A DNA stretch of 64,000 bases from Octopus sinensis (GCF_006345805.1 NC_043005.1:76136001-76200000), one strand, 5' to 3'. Shown: positions 37,691-50,929, numbered from the stretch's first letter. A program made the numbers and translations. The notes: a model not told the origin generated them from the letters alone.

Positions 37691-39589
37691 GATAAAATAT
37701 AAACCAATAGAAGCCTGGCACCTGTAATAACATCCTCTTATGTTACATATTAAAATCACGAGTCAGCTTCGTTTTTCATCTACTTCTGGATCTATAAAAT
37801 AAGTAGCAGTAATTATTGTTGTTATTTAGTGGCCGAAGTCAGGCCTGGTAGAGCAGATCTATGAATGATCAGAGGCCTTCTTGGCGTGGCAATCACGTCA
37901 GTTTGTTTATCTTGTACTAAACGGTCCTATGTTTTCTTTCCCTTCCTCAAACTTGAGAGGTAGTTGTTCTGAAACGTTGCATCATGGCATTAGAGCGTGA
38001 AATCTGGACATTTATATGTGTTGCAATTTTAAAAAAATATAAATTTAAGGCTATAGAAAATCTATACTAGTTTCAAACTTTGGCATAATACCAGCAATTT
38101 TTTTGGGCGGGATAAGTTAATTATATCAGCAATAATACTTGTATGCTACTTTATTTTATTGTTCACGAAGGAGGCAAAGTCGACCTCGGCGAAATTTGAC
38201 TTCAGAACAAAGAGCAGAAAATCTATATTAACCGATAAAACGCTGGGATTTGCACTTACATAGCATGGACTGCTGAACACATTTTATGAAAATGAGACTA
38301 CCATACACACACAAAAAACAAAAAATAGTTAAAATATCTTCTTAGTATATAATGGTGGTCAGTTTTACATCATCTGAAAAGTCATTAGTTGAACTATTAG
38401 CCCTCTTACACTCTGGGGGATTTCGGAGCTTTTGAGTGACATTACACCCCACCCCCCACAAACATCCATTAATTAAATGCATCTATCTTGGCCACGATAG
38501 TGGCCCGTCGTGCTCTATGTGTTAATTCTTAAGCGTTTAGAGAAATAAAAAAAATAAAAACAGAATGCTTTTCGGTATTTGTTTCGACTCGCTGAGCTAC
38601 GAGTTCAAATACCACCGAAAGTAATTTTGCCATTCAGCCTTTCGTGGTCGATTAAAAAATATCAATCCAAGACTATATTTTTGGCCGATCTGTAGGAATG
38701 TGGGGCTTTATTATGCTTTGGGGCTATTTGTTCCGTCTCTTTGCATTCTGTGTTCAAACCCTGTCGAAGTCAGTTTAGTCATTCAGCCTTTCGAGGTCAA
38801 TAAAAAGTACCAATCTAAGAAAATAGATCGGCGGAACAGTAAGAATGTTGGACCTTATGCCTTGCAGTATTTGCGTTCTGAGTTCAAATCCCGCCATGGA
38901 GTACATAGGTGGTAAACGTAACCTGTCACCCAGTTTAATACTACCAGATAGTACCTTGGTGGAGTCCACTGTATTGTCAGCATTTGGGCCAGATTTCATA
39001 CTTGAGGTCACCTTCCTCCCTTCACAAAATAGGAGGTTGTGAATTGGTGAATTATCGGACAAAATACTTTGATGTGTTTAGTTGCGTGCCTACAATTTCA
39101 CTTTCTGACCTTAAATCCCACCGAAATTATCTTTCTACTTTCTACTTCCGGTGTTCAAAAAACAAAAAGTCTCGGTCAAGTACTAGGCCGAGCTAAGTTA
39201 ACCTTTTCTTTCCCCCACCAAATGCGTGGCTTTGTGCCTATGTAAAGAAACCGTTGTGGTACGTCATAGCAATATAGGGTATTTCATAGCAATGAAGTAC
39301 GGTGCATCATTGTCATCAGTCTCACCCATCCACCAAAGAAGACGAAGGAAAAAAAGAACTAAAAATACTACAGAAGACAAAAATAAAATGAAAAAAATAG
39401 AAAAAGAAGGACTGCTTATATCAAAACTTTTTACATTTGTTTGCCCAGCTGAGTCGTTGTTTGATTATCGGCTCTGTTATCAAATAAAGAATTGAAGCAT
39501 GGTCGCCCAAATGTTTTATGAATGCTGACTAAACAAAAAAGATAAAAAAGAAAAAGAAATAAGAGCTAAAAATACCAAGTGAACGGAGA

Positions 39590-39900
39590 TGTACATCCTC
39601 ATACGTTAGTAAATTGTAATACGCCTTCCTACATATAATAATGTTGGATATGATAGTAAATAGCCAATAGCAGATAATCTGGGTAAACTCAAGGTTTCAA
39701 GGAATCTATCAAGGCCGCTCAACTCAATAAAGGCAATCTCAGAATCGTGGAGGTGCTCCTTTTATCAACAAACTGAGACCAGCCATAAATAACAGAAAAG
39801 AACTACATGAAGCAAACTGGTTACCATAGCAACACCAGTCTGCAAATGCCCTCTTTTCATCCCGAAGAAGAAGTCATAGCCCCGAAATATAGAAATGTAA
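39590..39900 (+). mobile_element. Possible Penelope-like 3' remnant with hammerhead-like relic
   Basis: GFKESIKAAQLNKGNL loosely resembles the PLE GIY-YIG end; CCGAAGA-AGAAGTCATAGCCCC-GAAA-TA-TA lies at ~39863-39893. Confidence 0.35.
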
Positions 39901-40583
39901 GGTAAAACTCCAACTTTGTTTTGTTTTTCATTTGCTTTTTTTTTGTAGTTTACTTCATGTTTTTTCGTATCGTGCCGGCCTTAAACCGTAGTATCCAGTC
40001 TAGCAAAAGTCAAATACATTTGAAGCTATGATTAGGCGTAGATTTCAGCTCAGTACTGTAAACTAATAAAACACTGACCAGATTTATTTATTTTTTCACT
40101 GAGCTCTTGACGTTTCCTCTGGCAAATTGGTTCATTGAAGGTTTTGTGATATTACCAGAAATAACATGGGTTAGAGACGAGATACGAACCTTTGCCACTT
40201 GGGTTTTAATTCCCTCAACGCTATTTGAAGTTTTAGAGTCACACTCTTTGCCCAGCAAAACGTCGTTTAGACGGAGCATCACTGATGAAATTTAATAAAG
40301 ATGAAACATGTCTGAAGTTATTACCGTCCTCCTAAAGTTCAGATTTTTTTTTACTACATTTCACATTTAATTTTAATTAAAATAACGGAATTGTCTACCC
40401 TGATTTTTTTTTGTTTTAAACACCGATTTGTTCTAATTAGAAATTAAAATTCAATATATGTAATACGAATTAAGGAACTTCAAACAATTTGTTTTTAACG
40501 GTTGAACTCGAATTAGACAAAGCTACAAATATTAGCATGCAAATATTAGTTTAAAGAAAATCTTGAAACAGAAAAAGTCGAAG

Positions 40584-40655
40584 ACTGCTTTAGTTCAATG
40601 GTTGAACGTCTGTCACATTTACAGAAGATATGTGTTCGTGTTCCACGAGTTGCCT
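40584..40655 (+). pseudogene. tRNA-like relic followed by a T6 run
   Basis: D stem GTTC/GAAC, anticodon stem TCTGT/ACAGA around a 7-nt loop CACATTT, GTTCG in the T loop. T and acceptor stems are mismatched; TTTTTT follows within ~6 nt. Confidence 0.45.
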
Positions 40656-40698
40656 ACGATCTTTTTTCTATCCAAAGAGATTTAATCCAATATTTACA

Positions 40699-41114
40699 AG
40701 CGCAGGGCTGGCTGTGTGATTGGTGGCTTGCTTACCAACCACATGGTTCCGGGTTCAGTCCCACTGCGTAGCACCTTGGGCAAGTGTCTTCTACTATAGC
40801 CCCGGGTCGACCAAAGCCTTGTGAGTGGATTTGGTAGACGGAAACTGGAAGAAGTACGTCGTATATATCTATATATATGTATATGTATGTATGTGTGTGT
40901 GTGGGTGTTTGTGGGTCTGTGTTTGTCCCCCCAACATCACTTGACAACCGATGCTGGTGTGTTTACGTCCCCGTAACTTAGCGGTTCGGCAAAAAGAGAC
41001 CGATATAATAAGTACTGGGCTTGCAGAGAATAAGTCCTGGGGTCAATTTGCTCGACTAAAGGCGGTGCTCCAGCATGGCCACAGTCAAATGACTGAAACA
41101 AGTAAAAAGAGTAA
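40699..41114 (+). mobile_element. SINE family B, full length
   Basis: GCGCAGGGCTGGCTGTGTG..GGTTCCGGGTTCAGTCCCACTGCG..ACTGAAACAAGTAAAAAGAG. Confidence 0.9.
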
Positions 41115-41467
41115 GCAATTATTTGTACCTTTATCTATTTCGTGCTCCACCATTAAAAGCGAATTATAATTTTAAATGATTAAATTTCCTTGGCTTAGTA
41201 CAATTAGTATACTAATGTTTTCACTTTACTTACATATTGAAGGAGCTTATAAGAGCTTATAAGAGAGATATATTGATATAGACTCAAGGACCTCGCCCTA
41301 AACTAACATGTAACAATGCAAGGTGTGGTAAGTGAAACAGCTGAGTTTTTACAACAATAACAGTTAAATTTATTCCATAAATTTATTCATAAAACTCAGA
41401 CTTACATATGAATATAAACGCGAACATTAATCTGAACTAATAAAAGCGCTTACGCCGTTGTAAATAA

Positions 41468-41506
<39 letters not shown>

Positions 41507-41630
41507 TATACTAAATAGTGCTTCCGTGCACGCGAACATAGATTAATTGATAGGTACATACATACGTAAATATACGCAAGCATACATACATACATAGCAA
41601 GCATACACACATATTTGCATACAAGAATGC

Positions 41631-41709
<79 letters not shown>

Positions 41710-41769
41710 TGGTGTGCGTGTGAATGTTTGTGTGAGTGTGTATGTAAATATAAGATCATAGAAAGTCCA

Positions 41770-41822
41770 TATATACATACATGCATATATATATATATGT
41801 TTATGTGTATATGGATATATAT

Positions 41823-41853
<31 letters not shown>

Positions 41854-41870
41854 GTTTAGTGTATATGGAT

Positions 41871-41904
<34 letters not shown>

Positions 41905-41918
41905 GTCTATGTGTATAT

Positions 41919-41961
<43 letters not shown>

Positions 41962-41972
41962 TATGTGTATAT

Positions 41973-42013
<41 letters not shown>

Positions 42014-42110
42014 TATGTGTATATATATTATATATATATATATATATATAGTTTATGTTTATGTGTGTATATTGGATATATATATTATATATATATATAT
42101 ATATATATGT
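41770..42110. repeat. Higher-order minisatellite: GTTTATGTGTATATGG + (AT)n, about 6 units
   Basis: The motif recurs at ~41799, 41854, 41905, 41959, 42011 and 42057. Confidence 0.85.
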
Positions 42111-42119
42111 TAATAAAAT

Positions 42120-42800
42120 AGAACATATGCATATATATAAACATATATGTACGTACCTACCTCTACATGTACATATACACGCATATATGTGTACAGGACA
42201 CCAAAAAGACGTCGAACACATAGAGAGACGAAAAACATACACAAACCAAGGAACAAGACAAGCAAAAAAAGAGATACAGGACAATAAGCACAACAGAAAA
42301 ATCCCCTTCTTCAGTCGCTAAGGTTTCATCTACTAAACGTTTCGAAGGATAAAAGCGAGACGTATACTTCGAAGAAAACTTCCTTCCTGCGAAAAGCAAA
42401 TCAATTAAAATTCTGAGATCTTTTCGCAGAGGGGTAAAAAAAAGCAAGACGGTAACGACAGTACAAACATATAAACAGAAAAAATATATATATAACCAGT
42501 GGAAAAATAAATATTAACAGTGAGAGACAGGACAAGGAGAACAAGATAAGAAGGGCTGTTAACGCCAGACGAAAAAAGTATTGCAAACGCTGGATTATAG
42601 TGGACGACGAGAGAGAAAGAATGTCGACCAGTAGCCTTAGAAGGCGGGCGAGAAAAGACAGGATAGCAGTTACGACGGAAGTATCGTCGCAGATGGACGA
42701 CGGGAATGGGGGAGGAGGAGCAAGAGGAAGAGAAGGAGAAGAAGGGGAATGGTGCGAGGAGACCATGAAGAACGGTGAGGGGAGGAGAGAGAGGAAGAGA
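42120..42800. repeat. Dispersed repeat, possibly Penelope-related
   Basis: CATATATGTACGTACCTAC.TCTACATGTA.ATATACA.GCATATA..GTACAGGACA.CA is shared with 49520-49620; both copies have a GTTTCGAAGG motif. Confidence 0.5.
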
Positions 42801-43047
42801 CAAGTTAAGTGAGGGAAAAAAGACGAAAAAGGGAATGGGAGAGAAAGAAAGAAAGATGCAGAGTCGCGTGAGAGTTAATGTATATATGTATATGGCCTGC
42901 TCGCTTAGCCAGCGGGGTGGCGTCATTCGAAGGCTAAAACAATGCGAACGCATTGTGACCAGCGATGTGTAATTACATCTGATGGACTGGTCAAAATATG
43001 TATATATGAATGAATGTATGTATGTATGTATGTATATATATATATAT

Positions 43048-43079
<32 letters not shown>

Positions 43080-43086
43080 CATATTT

Positions 43087-43120
<34 letters not shown>

Positions 43121-43726
43121 CTATCGATCTATCTGTCTGTCTGTCTGTCTGTCTGTCTATATCTGTAAATATGTGTGTGTATATATATATAATTATATGT
43201 ATATATATATATGTGTGTGTGTGTGTGTATGTATGTATATATATATGCATACATGACATAGATACATACACACATACATACATTCATACACATACATACA
43301 TACGTACATACATACATACATACATACATACATACATACATACATACATACATACATGCATACTTGCATACATACATACATATGACAGAGGATAAACAAA
43401 TTTCTTATACCTCAAATATGCTTAATTATATCCATTTATATCAAGCAATTCTTGATATAAAAAATAATTTTTACCTCTGCAGGCGATCTCCTGCATCTAA
43501 TCTACAGATAGCGGATTTTACGATATTCATTAATAAAAGTCGATGTGAACTTTACCGGTGAAATATATAAATGAAATAAAACTTAACACACACACACGCA
43601 CACACGCACAGACAGACACACACACATACACGCTCGGACGCGCACGCGCACGCACGCATACACACACAGACGCACACACACACATACACACAAACACACA
43701 CACAGACACACACACACACACACACA

Positions 43727-43766
<40 letters not shown>

Positions 43767-44590
43767 TTAACGTGCACACACACACACACACAGAGTTTAA
43801 CGTGCACACACACACACACACACATACACGCACACACACTTTAACGTGCTCTAGTGTACTTTTTTCAACAGCAGACACATTTTACTACAGCACCGTTTCT
43901 GCGGATATTGATATCGACCGCGTCAAATTAGGAAATTGGCTACTACTGAACTGCAATGTTTATTTTCATACGTAGACACAGTGTTACACTTTTATATTTT
44001 TAACATCCATTTTAAAATGTCAACGATATCTCTTTTCAACAAATACGAAATTGCTTCGATACATTGTTTAGAACGGCAGAGTTTTAACTATAGTTTTTGT
44101 CGTTGGCGAGCTGGTTGAATATATCGTCTGCATTTTCCTCAACTGCAGGCGATTCATTGCAGTTAACACTACATTAAACTCATGGACGGTTTTTTTATTG
44201 ATCGCTAGTCATTTTCGTACACAGGAAGTTCATTTAAATATGTTTCTATGAAGTGGTGTAGGTGGAGACAGGAAATGTTCTGAGTCGTTCCGGATAACTT
44301 GTTAAACCCTCCCACTCTCCCCCTTCTCTTTCTCTTTCTCTTTCTCTCGTTCTACGTCTGTCAATCTGTCTGTCTATCTAGTTGTTTATCTTTCAAACAT
44401 TTTCTATCCAAAGAAGTATAGTATAAAACTCAAGACTTTGTACGAAGTATGGTTCATAGTAAATTACGGGTAGAGGTTTCTATTTACTTCTTGGATATAC
44501 AGCATCGTTATATATACATACATACATACATACATACATACATACATACATACATGTATACATACACACACACACGCATACATATATATA

Positions 44591-47540
44591 CTAGCTGACG
44601 TACCCGGTAATTCCCGGAAAAGCTGGGTTTATCCCTTGGTTCCGTTCTCATAATTGTTTCGCTAATCCAATAAAAAACAATACAAAGTATGTAGCCCTCA
44701 AAACGGTTTTTGTGCATTTACAGAGAATGTACCGAACTGTCTTACATATAATCTTGTTTTTAGGAAATCCCAATAAGTTATGAATACCCAAATCGTGAAG
44801 TCAGTTATGTAATAATAAAAATTAGTTACCCGATAGTAAGAATTCAAATAACTTTGAAAAGGCGTTCGCAGAGAATATTAACCTTAGGGGCGCTAGTGTT
44901 GAAATAGGTTTACAATGAATGTAGAAGCAGTTTGACGTTTACTTTTAAAGTAGACATACAAATAAATTTGCATCTAAAATAACATGCAGATTATCACTAG
45001 ATTTACAACATTTACAAATGTTTCGGTTAAATAATAAATACCTGATGATTTGGAGAATTTTATTAAATTTCTAGAGCTTCTTGATAAACCTCATTTTTGG
45101 TCTTTCCTTGTGGGGCATAAATAAAAAAAATGATTAAGATTGTCGACTCTTGAGCATCCCACATAAAGTAGGTCATGGGAGCAAACTGGTTCCGCAAGAT
45201 TCAGAACTACCACATCCACAGACTGACCCTGGGCCTTGTTAAGGCTCATTGCAAAGCTCAGTTTCAACGGGAATTGCTGGCACTTGTACTGGGAAGGCAT
45301 ATCCGAGGGAATAAGTAGAATTCTAGGAATGAATATAGGCTCACCGCTTGCTTTACCAGTCAAAATTATTGTTTCCAAGACTGATAGCATCACCTTCTTT
45401 ATTATAAGTTGTGTGCCATTGCAAAGCTTTGGTGGATAGAGGTTTCGAAGCAGCATAGTTGTGAGATGAGATGTCGGGTTGAGCTAAAATAGCACGGTTT
45501 TTCAGTCAGTTGTGGTCTGTAAACCGATTCCTCAGGTTAGGAAACACCTTATTCATTAGGTCCTTTAAATCAGATACTGCATGTCCAAAAAGCAAGCTTA
45601 CCCGGCCATCCTTCTCGCCAACCGAAGTGCCATTTCCTTCGTCCAACAGTTGCTTTGAAAAAGTTCTGTCTGCATTATCACCACTGGGCTACAGTCTCAT
45701 GCTGGTTGTGAGTCTCAGCTTTTGCACACTGCTCAATAGGTAGGACGACTTTAAGCTGGCGTTTACCTCATCAACTCTTGTCTTCTCTGTAAGCAAGAGA
45801 AGGGTTTGTCTAAAGTTTCCTCCAAGCAACACTGTGGTACCTCCCATGAGCCTAGTGTTGTATCTCAGACCCTGAAGGGCCATGTCAAAAGCTTCAAAGG
45901 AAACCAGATGATCAACCTGCATTCATCCAGAAGTTTGTCTGATGTTGCAGTTTGCCTTCTCTTTCTGGGACAGGTCTAAAGCAAGTTTGAAACAAGAATG
46001 AACTGTGTGGCCACCACTTAGCAGAGTTGTAGCTGTTCAACTTGACGCCACTGCTAGGGTAATGTGTTTCATTTGGCGCAGTTTAGCCAGAAGAAGGTAG
46101 ATGACAAATGTCTTGTCAGTTCCACCTGGAGCATCAAAAAAGAAAAGACCTCCTCTTTCATTTTCCATGCTCGAAATAATGGTCTTATAAACATCCAGTT
46201 GGTCCTCCATCAGTTTGTGTTCGTTATCAGCTATATACGCCATCATTTCCTCAATGTCAGAGATGATTTCTCGCAGGTACTCAATTGCTAGATTGTTTGC
46301 TGCCTGCTCCGGTTGAAGCAGACCAAATGTGGCAATGCCTTGACTTCTCATAGCTTGCGCTCAGGTGTCCAGGTCAAGTAATGCCTCATTGTAAACGACG
46401 TTATTGAACACGGCAATTTCCGCTGAGGTTTGCCTTTAAATCCTTTGTAGGATGTCCTCTGCCATGCTGGTTTTGTGGGTCACCCAAGCCACATATCATC
46501 AACATGATAGAAAATAGCTGGCACAGTTGACTTGGTTCTCTGCTGGTTGCTGTCTCCTCCAGTGTCTGGTCCCAGTAGTCCATGTTTGGCACAGGCTTCT
46601 CTGTAGGTCGTGCAGACTTCCCCATTGTGTCTTCAAAGGTCGGACAGTGTGCAGTAGTAGACGCAGAAAGAAACACTCCTGCTGGTTAGGGTGCACAGTG
46701 TACACTCGTCCAATGGCTCCACTTCTGAAGGCTCCTTGCTTGTGTCTGTTCCATCTATTGTGTCCCAGATATAGTACACAGGAACCTCAACATACAACGG
46801 TGTACAGATCACATTATCATAATTTGAAGAAAGCTGTCAGAGTAGTTTCTGGTGGTTTCAGAACTACGTTTCGAGCATTGTCTTCTGTGAAATATACACG
46901 CTGGCCATTTTCAAGATGTACAGACAGATTCACCCCTGTTGGATGCCGCTCGTAGATTACGAAGCCCTCGTTAGAGGAAATATACCTGCCCAACTTATAT
47001 TGCTGAATTTCATCTGCCTGCCCTTCTATTCAAGTCCCGAAACCGCCATATCTGAGCTCTTATTGATGTATTTACATACATATTTAATACTTTTTAAAGA
47101 GTTGCATGATTCAACATTAAGATGGGCCTGCAATATTTTAGACAGCAATGGGTTGTAGGGCACGATCCACCTGTAGTCAATTCCATCCCTTGACCATTAA
47201 CTTTCAGCTTGTTAGTGTTTAGAGTGATTAAAGGAAAATGAATGAACTATTTCACTTGGCTAGGAAAATGAATGGGTTATTTCCCTTGGCTGTTTAAAGG
47301 AAAGTATATTGGTTATATATGTGGATCCCTTCTAGAGGCCCTAGACATCCAATTATAGATTTTTTATTAAACTTCAATGTGCCTAGTAACAAACTGGATG
47401 TTACTTTAGCATGTTTGCAAAGCTTCACGAAAATTCGTTAACAGGTGTAGACGGCAACTTGACACAAACAGACATACAAACAAACGACTTGCGTTTATCT
47501 CTCTCTCGTTCTCCCTCTCTCTCTCTATATATATATGAAA
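44591..47540 (-). mobile_element. Decayed Helitron with partial RepHel (Rep C-terminal part + PIF1 helicase)
   Basis: WIVPYNPLLS..AHLNVE..SIKYVCKYINK; GRVYTVHP..ECFFLRLLLHTV; FFFDAPGGTDKTF; LLGGNFRQTL; LLRNL.PPKLCNGT; QFPLKLSFAMSLNKAQGQS; ORF end ~45063. 3' end TCCGGGAATTACCGGG-spacer-CTAG|T at 44591. Coding homology stops at ~47180, and the 5' boundary at ~47540 is tentative. Confidence 0.9.
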
Positions 47541-47954
47541 GAAGAGTGTATAATTCTGAATAAATTACAATTATAACAGAGAGGATTGTAAAAACTTCGA
47601 ATATGCAATAGAGGACTAACCTTTTATCCTTATTTCAATTCTGAATTTTATGTCATATCACCTGTCGACAGCTTTTTATTTGTTGGAGAGATATAATATG
47701 AGTGGTTATAGTGGCTTTATAGCGGATTTTACTGCTATTTCTAGACATGTAAGGGTTTTTATAACCTTCTCCGTTATAATTGTGATTTACTCACAATTAT
47801 ACACTCACCCTTCTTCTATGAAAATAAATATTATGATTGCATGTTCTCGCCACTGATATATTTGTAAATAATTTTGAATTGTTTACGATATATTCTTCGC
47901 AATGTACTTTTGCATTCCACTTTTACACACACACACAGACATATAGATATACAA

Positions 47955-48079
47955 TTATGTATGTATGTATGTATGTATGTATGTATGTATGTATGTATGT
48001 ATGTATGTATGTATGTATGTATGTATGTATGTATGTATGTATGTATGTATGTATGTATGTATGTATGTATGTATGTATG

Positions 48080-48133
<54 letters not shown>

Positions 48134-48142
48134 CCTACCTAC

Positions 48143-48210
<68 letters not shown>

Positions 48211-48231
48211 ATCTATATATATCTATCTATC
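47955..48231. repeat. (ATGT)n-(ATCT)n compound microsatellite
   Basis: Direct reading. Confidence 0.95.
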
Positions 48232-49468
48232 TAGACTCTATGTAGACGACGGTGAACAGGTGTGGTCGCCGTTTGTGAGGCACGCTTTCCCGCAGCTCGT
48301 CTCCATGACCGAACTGCAGTCGTGGATCAAAAAGAGGCCGAGGAAGGGCGAATGGCACCGCGAGTGTCGCGTTGCTCTCAAGCAACTCTGCCGTCCTGGG
48401 TCGACCTTGAGTGACTTCAACACAACCAAAGCATTCTATAGGGGATTAGTGGAGGGGAGGTACGACGACGAGCTCGGGGCGAACCTGGACGTCGACGAGG
48501 AGTACCTGACCCGCCTGTTCAGGACGACTTTCGGGCCAGGGCCCATGGACAACTTCCAGAGATCCCTGGCCTGGCAGTGTTACCGAGAAGCGCTACCCGT
48601 TCGGGATAAGCTCTACAGACACGGCTCGAGAGACACGGGGCCGACCTGCCCGAGATGCGGTCAGAGCGACGAAACCATTCTGCACGCACTCGTGCAGTGT
48701 CCAGCAATTTCCGACCTGTGGGCTTGTGTCGAACAACTGCTGTCACATGTGGGACGAGTCGGTTTATCAGCTGAGTCTATCGTCAATATTGTCTCGCCTC
48801 CTTCCTTCAAACGGGAAGGAAGAGCTATTTTCATCATCCTTGTGGCTATGGCGAAAGAATGTATCTGGTGGACGCGTCTGAAAGGATTGGAGACAAACAC
48901 TTTCCTCTCTGGTCAATCTCTCATCAACTTCTTCAAGTACCACTTGAAAAGGAAGTGAGAGTAGAGAGGCAAGTTTTGTCTAGCGAATGTTTTAAAAAAA
49001 GATGGGTGAATGTAGCAAGGATGGCACGTATGAATGACGAAGCCACCTTGAGCATAATCCTATGAACCCAGAAATTGAAAACAGAGGGTTACCCACTTGC
49101 AAACAAATGTGGTAACATATAACAATATTGACCAAGGTTACCGTGGTCTTTTTCGTAGGCTTTTCTTCCCACGGACAAACCTTACTTGCTTTCCCCTTTA
49201 CACCATATATCATAACACTGTGATACACGATCCCTATTGATCGTTCTTTTTTTTCCTCTTCCCCCTTTTTTCCCCTTTTTTCTTCTTTTTTCATTTCTCT
49301 TTTCTTTTGTTCCTTTTCCCTTTCTTTTTTTTGTTCTTTTCTTCCCTTTTACGATCCCTCTTGATCGAAAACCTACGCCCCGCCTTTTTTTTTCATCCCC
49401 CAAAAGAAAAGCTCTACCTTGTAACTTGTCCCATCTGTGTGCAGCCCTGTGTGGCCAATAAAGAAACT
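48232..49468 (+). mobile_element. Tx1/L1-clade LINE 3' fragment with zf-RVT domain and 3' UTR
   Basis: RSLAWQCYREALPVRDKLYRHGSRDTGPTCPRCGQSDETILHALVQCP (RT zinc-binding motif). The frame continues by a shift to ~49025, followed by a T-rich UTR, AATAAA at 49456 and (TATC)n. Confidence 0.85.
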
Positions 49469-49519
49469 TATCTATCTATCTATCTATCTATATATATATA
49501 TATAGGAGATAAATAAAAA

Positions 49520-50130
49520 TATATGCATACATACAAACATATATGTACGTACCTACATCTACATGTATATATACATGCATATATAAATAATTATACGGGA
49601 GTACAGGACATCACAATAAGACGTAGAAACGGAAAAAGCCAAAAAGCAAAAAACAAGAAAACGGAAAACGAAAAACAAGAAAACGAAAAACAAATACAGG
49701 ACGAGCTACACAAGGACAAAACCCCCGTCATCAGCTGTCGCTAGAGGAGTCAGGCATGTTTCGAAGGCATAACAGAACACTAATCCAATAAGCCTTCCTG
49801 CGAGAGAATTAAAATAAAATTCCAAGCAGCGGGGCAAAATGAGTACGAACACAAACAAGACGTAACAATAAGACTGCAAAATTAAAATACATGTACAAAA
49901 ACAAACACAAGAGGACGAACGAAAAAGCCTTTTTTCTGGCATAGACAAACGATAAAACTGCAAAAATAAAAATACATGTACAAAAAGTACAATTAGTTAC
50001 AAAACGAGAAAATAACAAGAATACTATACAGGAAATCAACCGCACAAGGGGACGAACGAAGAAGCCTTTTGCTGGCAAGGACGAAAGTGTAGTAGCAGCG
50101 CGTGGAGGCAGTCTTTTCAATAGTGGGAAC
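49520..50130. repeat. Second copy of the dispersed repeat at 42120-42800
   Basis: Shared 5' block and GTTTCGAAGG motif. Confidence 0.5.
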
Positions 50131-50199
50131 CACGTATATATATATATATATATATATATTATACATACATACACATACAACACAGCAAACACAGACACA

Positions 50200-50239
<40 letters not shown>

Positions 50240-50271
50240 TATACATACATATATGCATATACATACATACA

Positions 50272-50321
<50 letters not shown>

Positions 50322-50371
50322 TATATATATATATATTTATATATACATGAATATATATATATGAATATATA

Positions 50372-50403
<32 letters not shown>

Positions 50404-50414
50404 GAATATATATA

Positions 50415-50573
50415 TAACGGGCTTCTTTCAGTTTCTGTTTACCGAATCTATTCACAATGCGTTGGGCGGCCGGGGTTATAGTAGAAGATACTTACCCAAG
50501 GCTCCAAGTAGTGGGACTGAACCCAGCATCATGTGGTTGGGAAGTAAACTTCTTACCACAGCCACGCCTGCAC
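50415..50573 (-). mobile_element. SINE family B, 5' half
   Basis: Reverse complement GGTGCAGGCGTGGCTGTGGTAAGAAG..GGTTCAGTCCCACTAC. Confidence 0.8.
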
Positions 50574-50639
50574 CCATACATACATGCATACATACATACA
50601 TACATACATACATATGTATATATATATATATATATATAT

Positions 50640-50929
50640 CACGTTATCACGTGACCGACCAGATTATCTGATGTTGCTGCACATCGCTGGTCACAATACG
50701 CTTCAATGACGCGCCATTCAGCTGGCTAAGCGAGCAGGCTAAAGAAGAAGTGAGAGAAAGTTGCATCGAAAGAGTACAGCAGGGATCCCCACCACCCCCT
50801 GCTGGAGCCTCGTGGAGCTCTTACGTGTTTCCGCTCAATAAACACTCACAACGCCCGGCCTGGGGATCGAAACCGCGATCCTCCGACCGCGAGTCCGCTG
50901 CCCTAACCTAACTGGACCATTACGCCTCC
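50640..50929 (-). mobile_element. SINE family C with fourth tail type
   Basis: Head GGAGGCGTAATGGTCCAG..; tail GCCTGCTCGCTTAGCCAGC..TTGTGACCAGCGATGTG is also seen alone at 42895-42992. Confidence 0.85.

Noticed and set aside
38905-39045. SLILPDSTLVESTVLSAFG as a LINE RT scrap or exon
   Set aside because: Too short and too diverged to support.
40088-40295. Overlapping 62-64-aa ORFs as mariner remnant or exon
   Set aside because: No diagnostic DDD motif or TIR, and splice signals are incomplete.
47837-48958. 373-aa ORF as a host gene
   Set aside because: The first third is microsatellite and the remainder is a Tx1-like LINE C-terminus.
42300-49775. GAAAC...CTGANGA motifs (42306-42355 and 49712-49770 minus; 22513-22547 plus) as type II hammerheads
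   Set aside because: The order is permuted, stems I and II do not pair convincingly, and one lacks the UH site.
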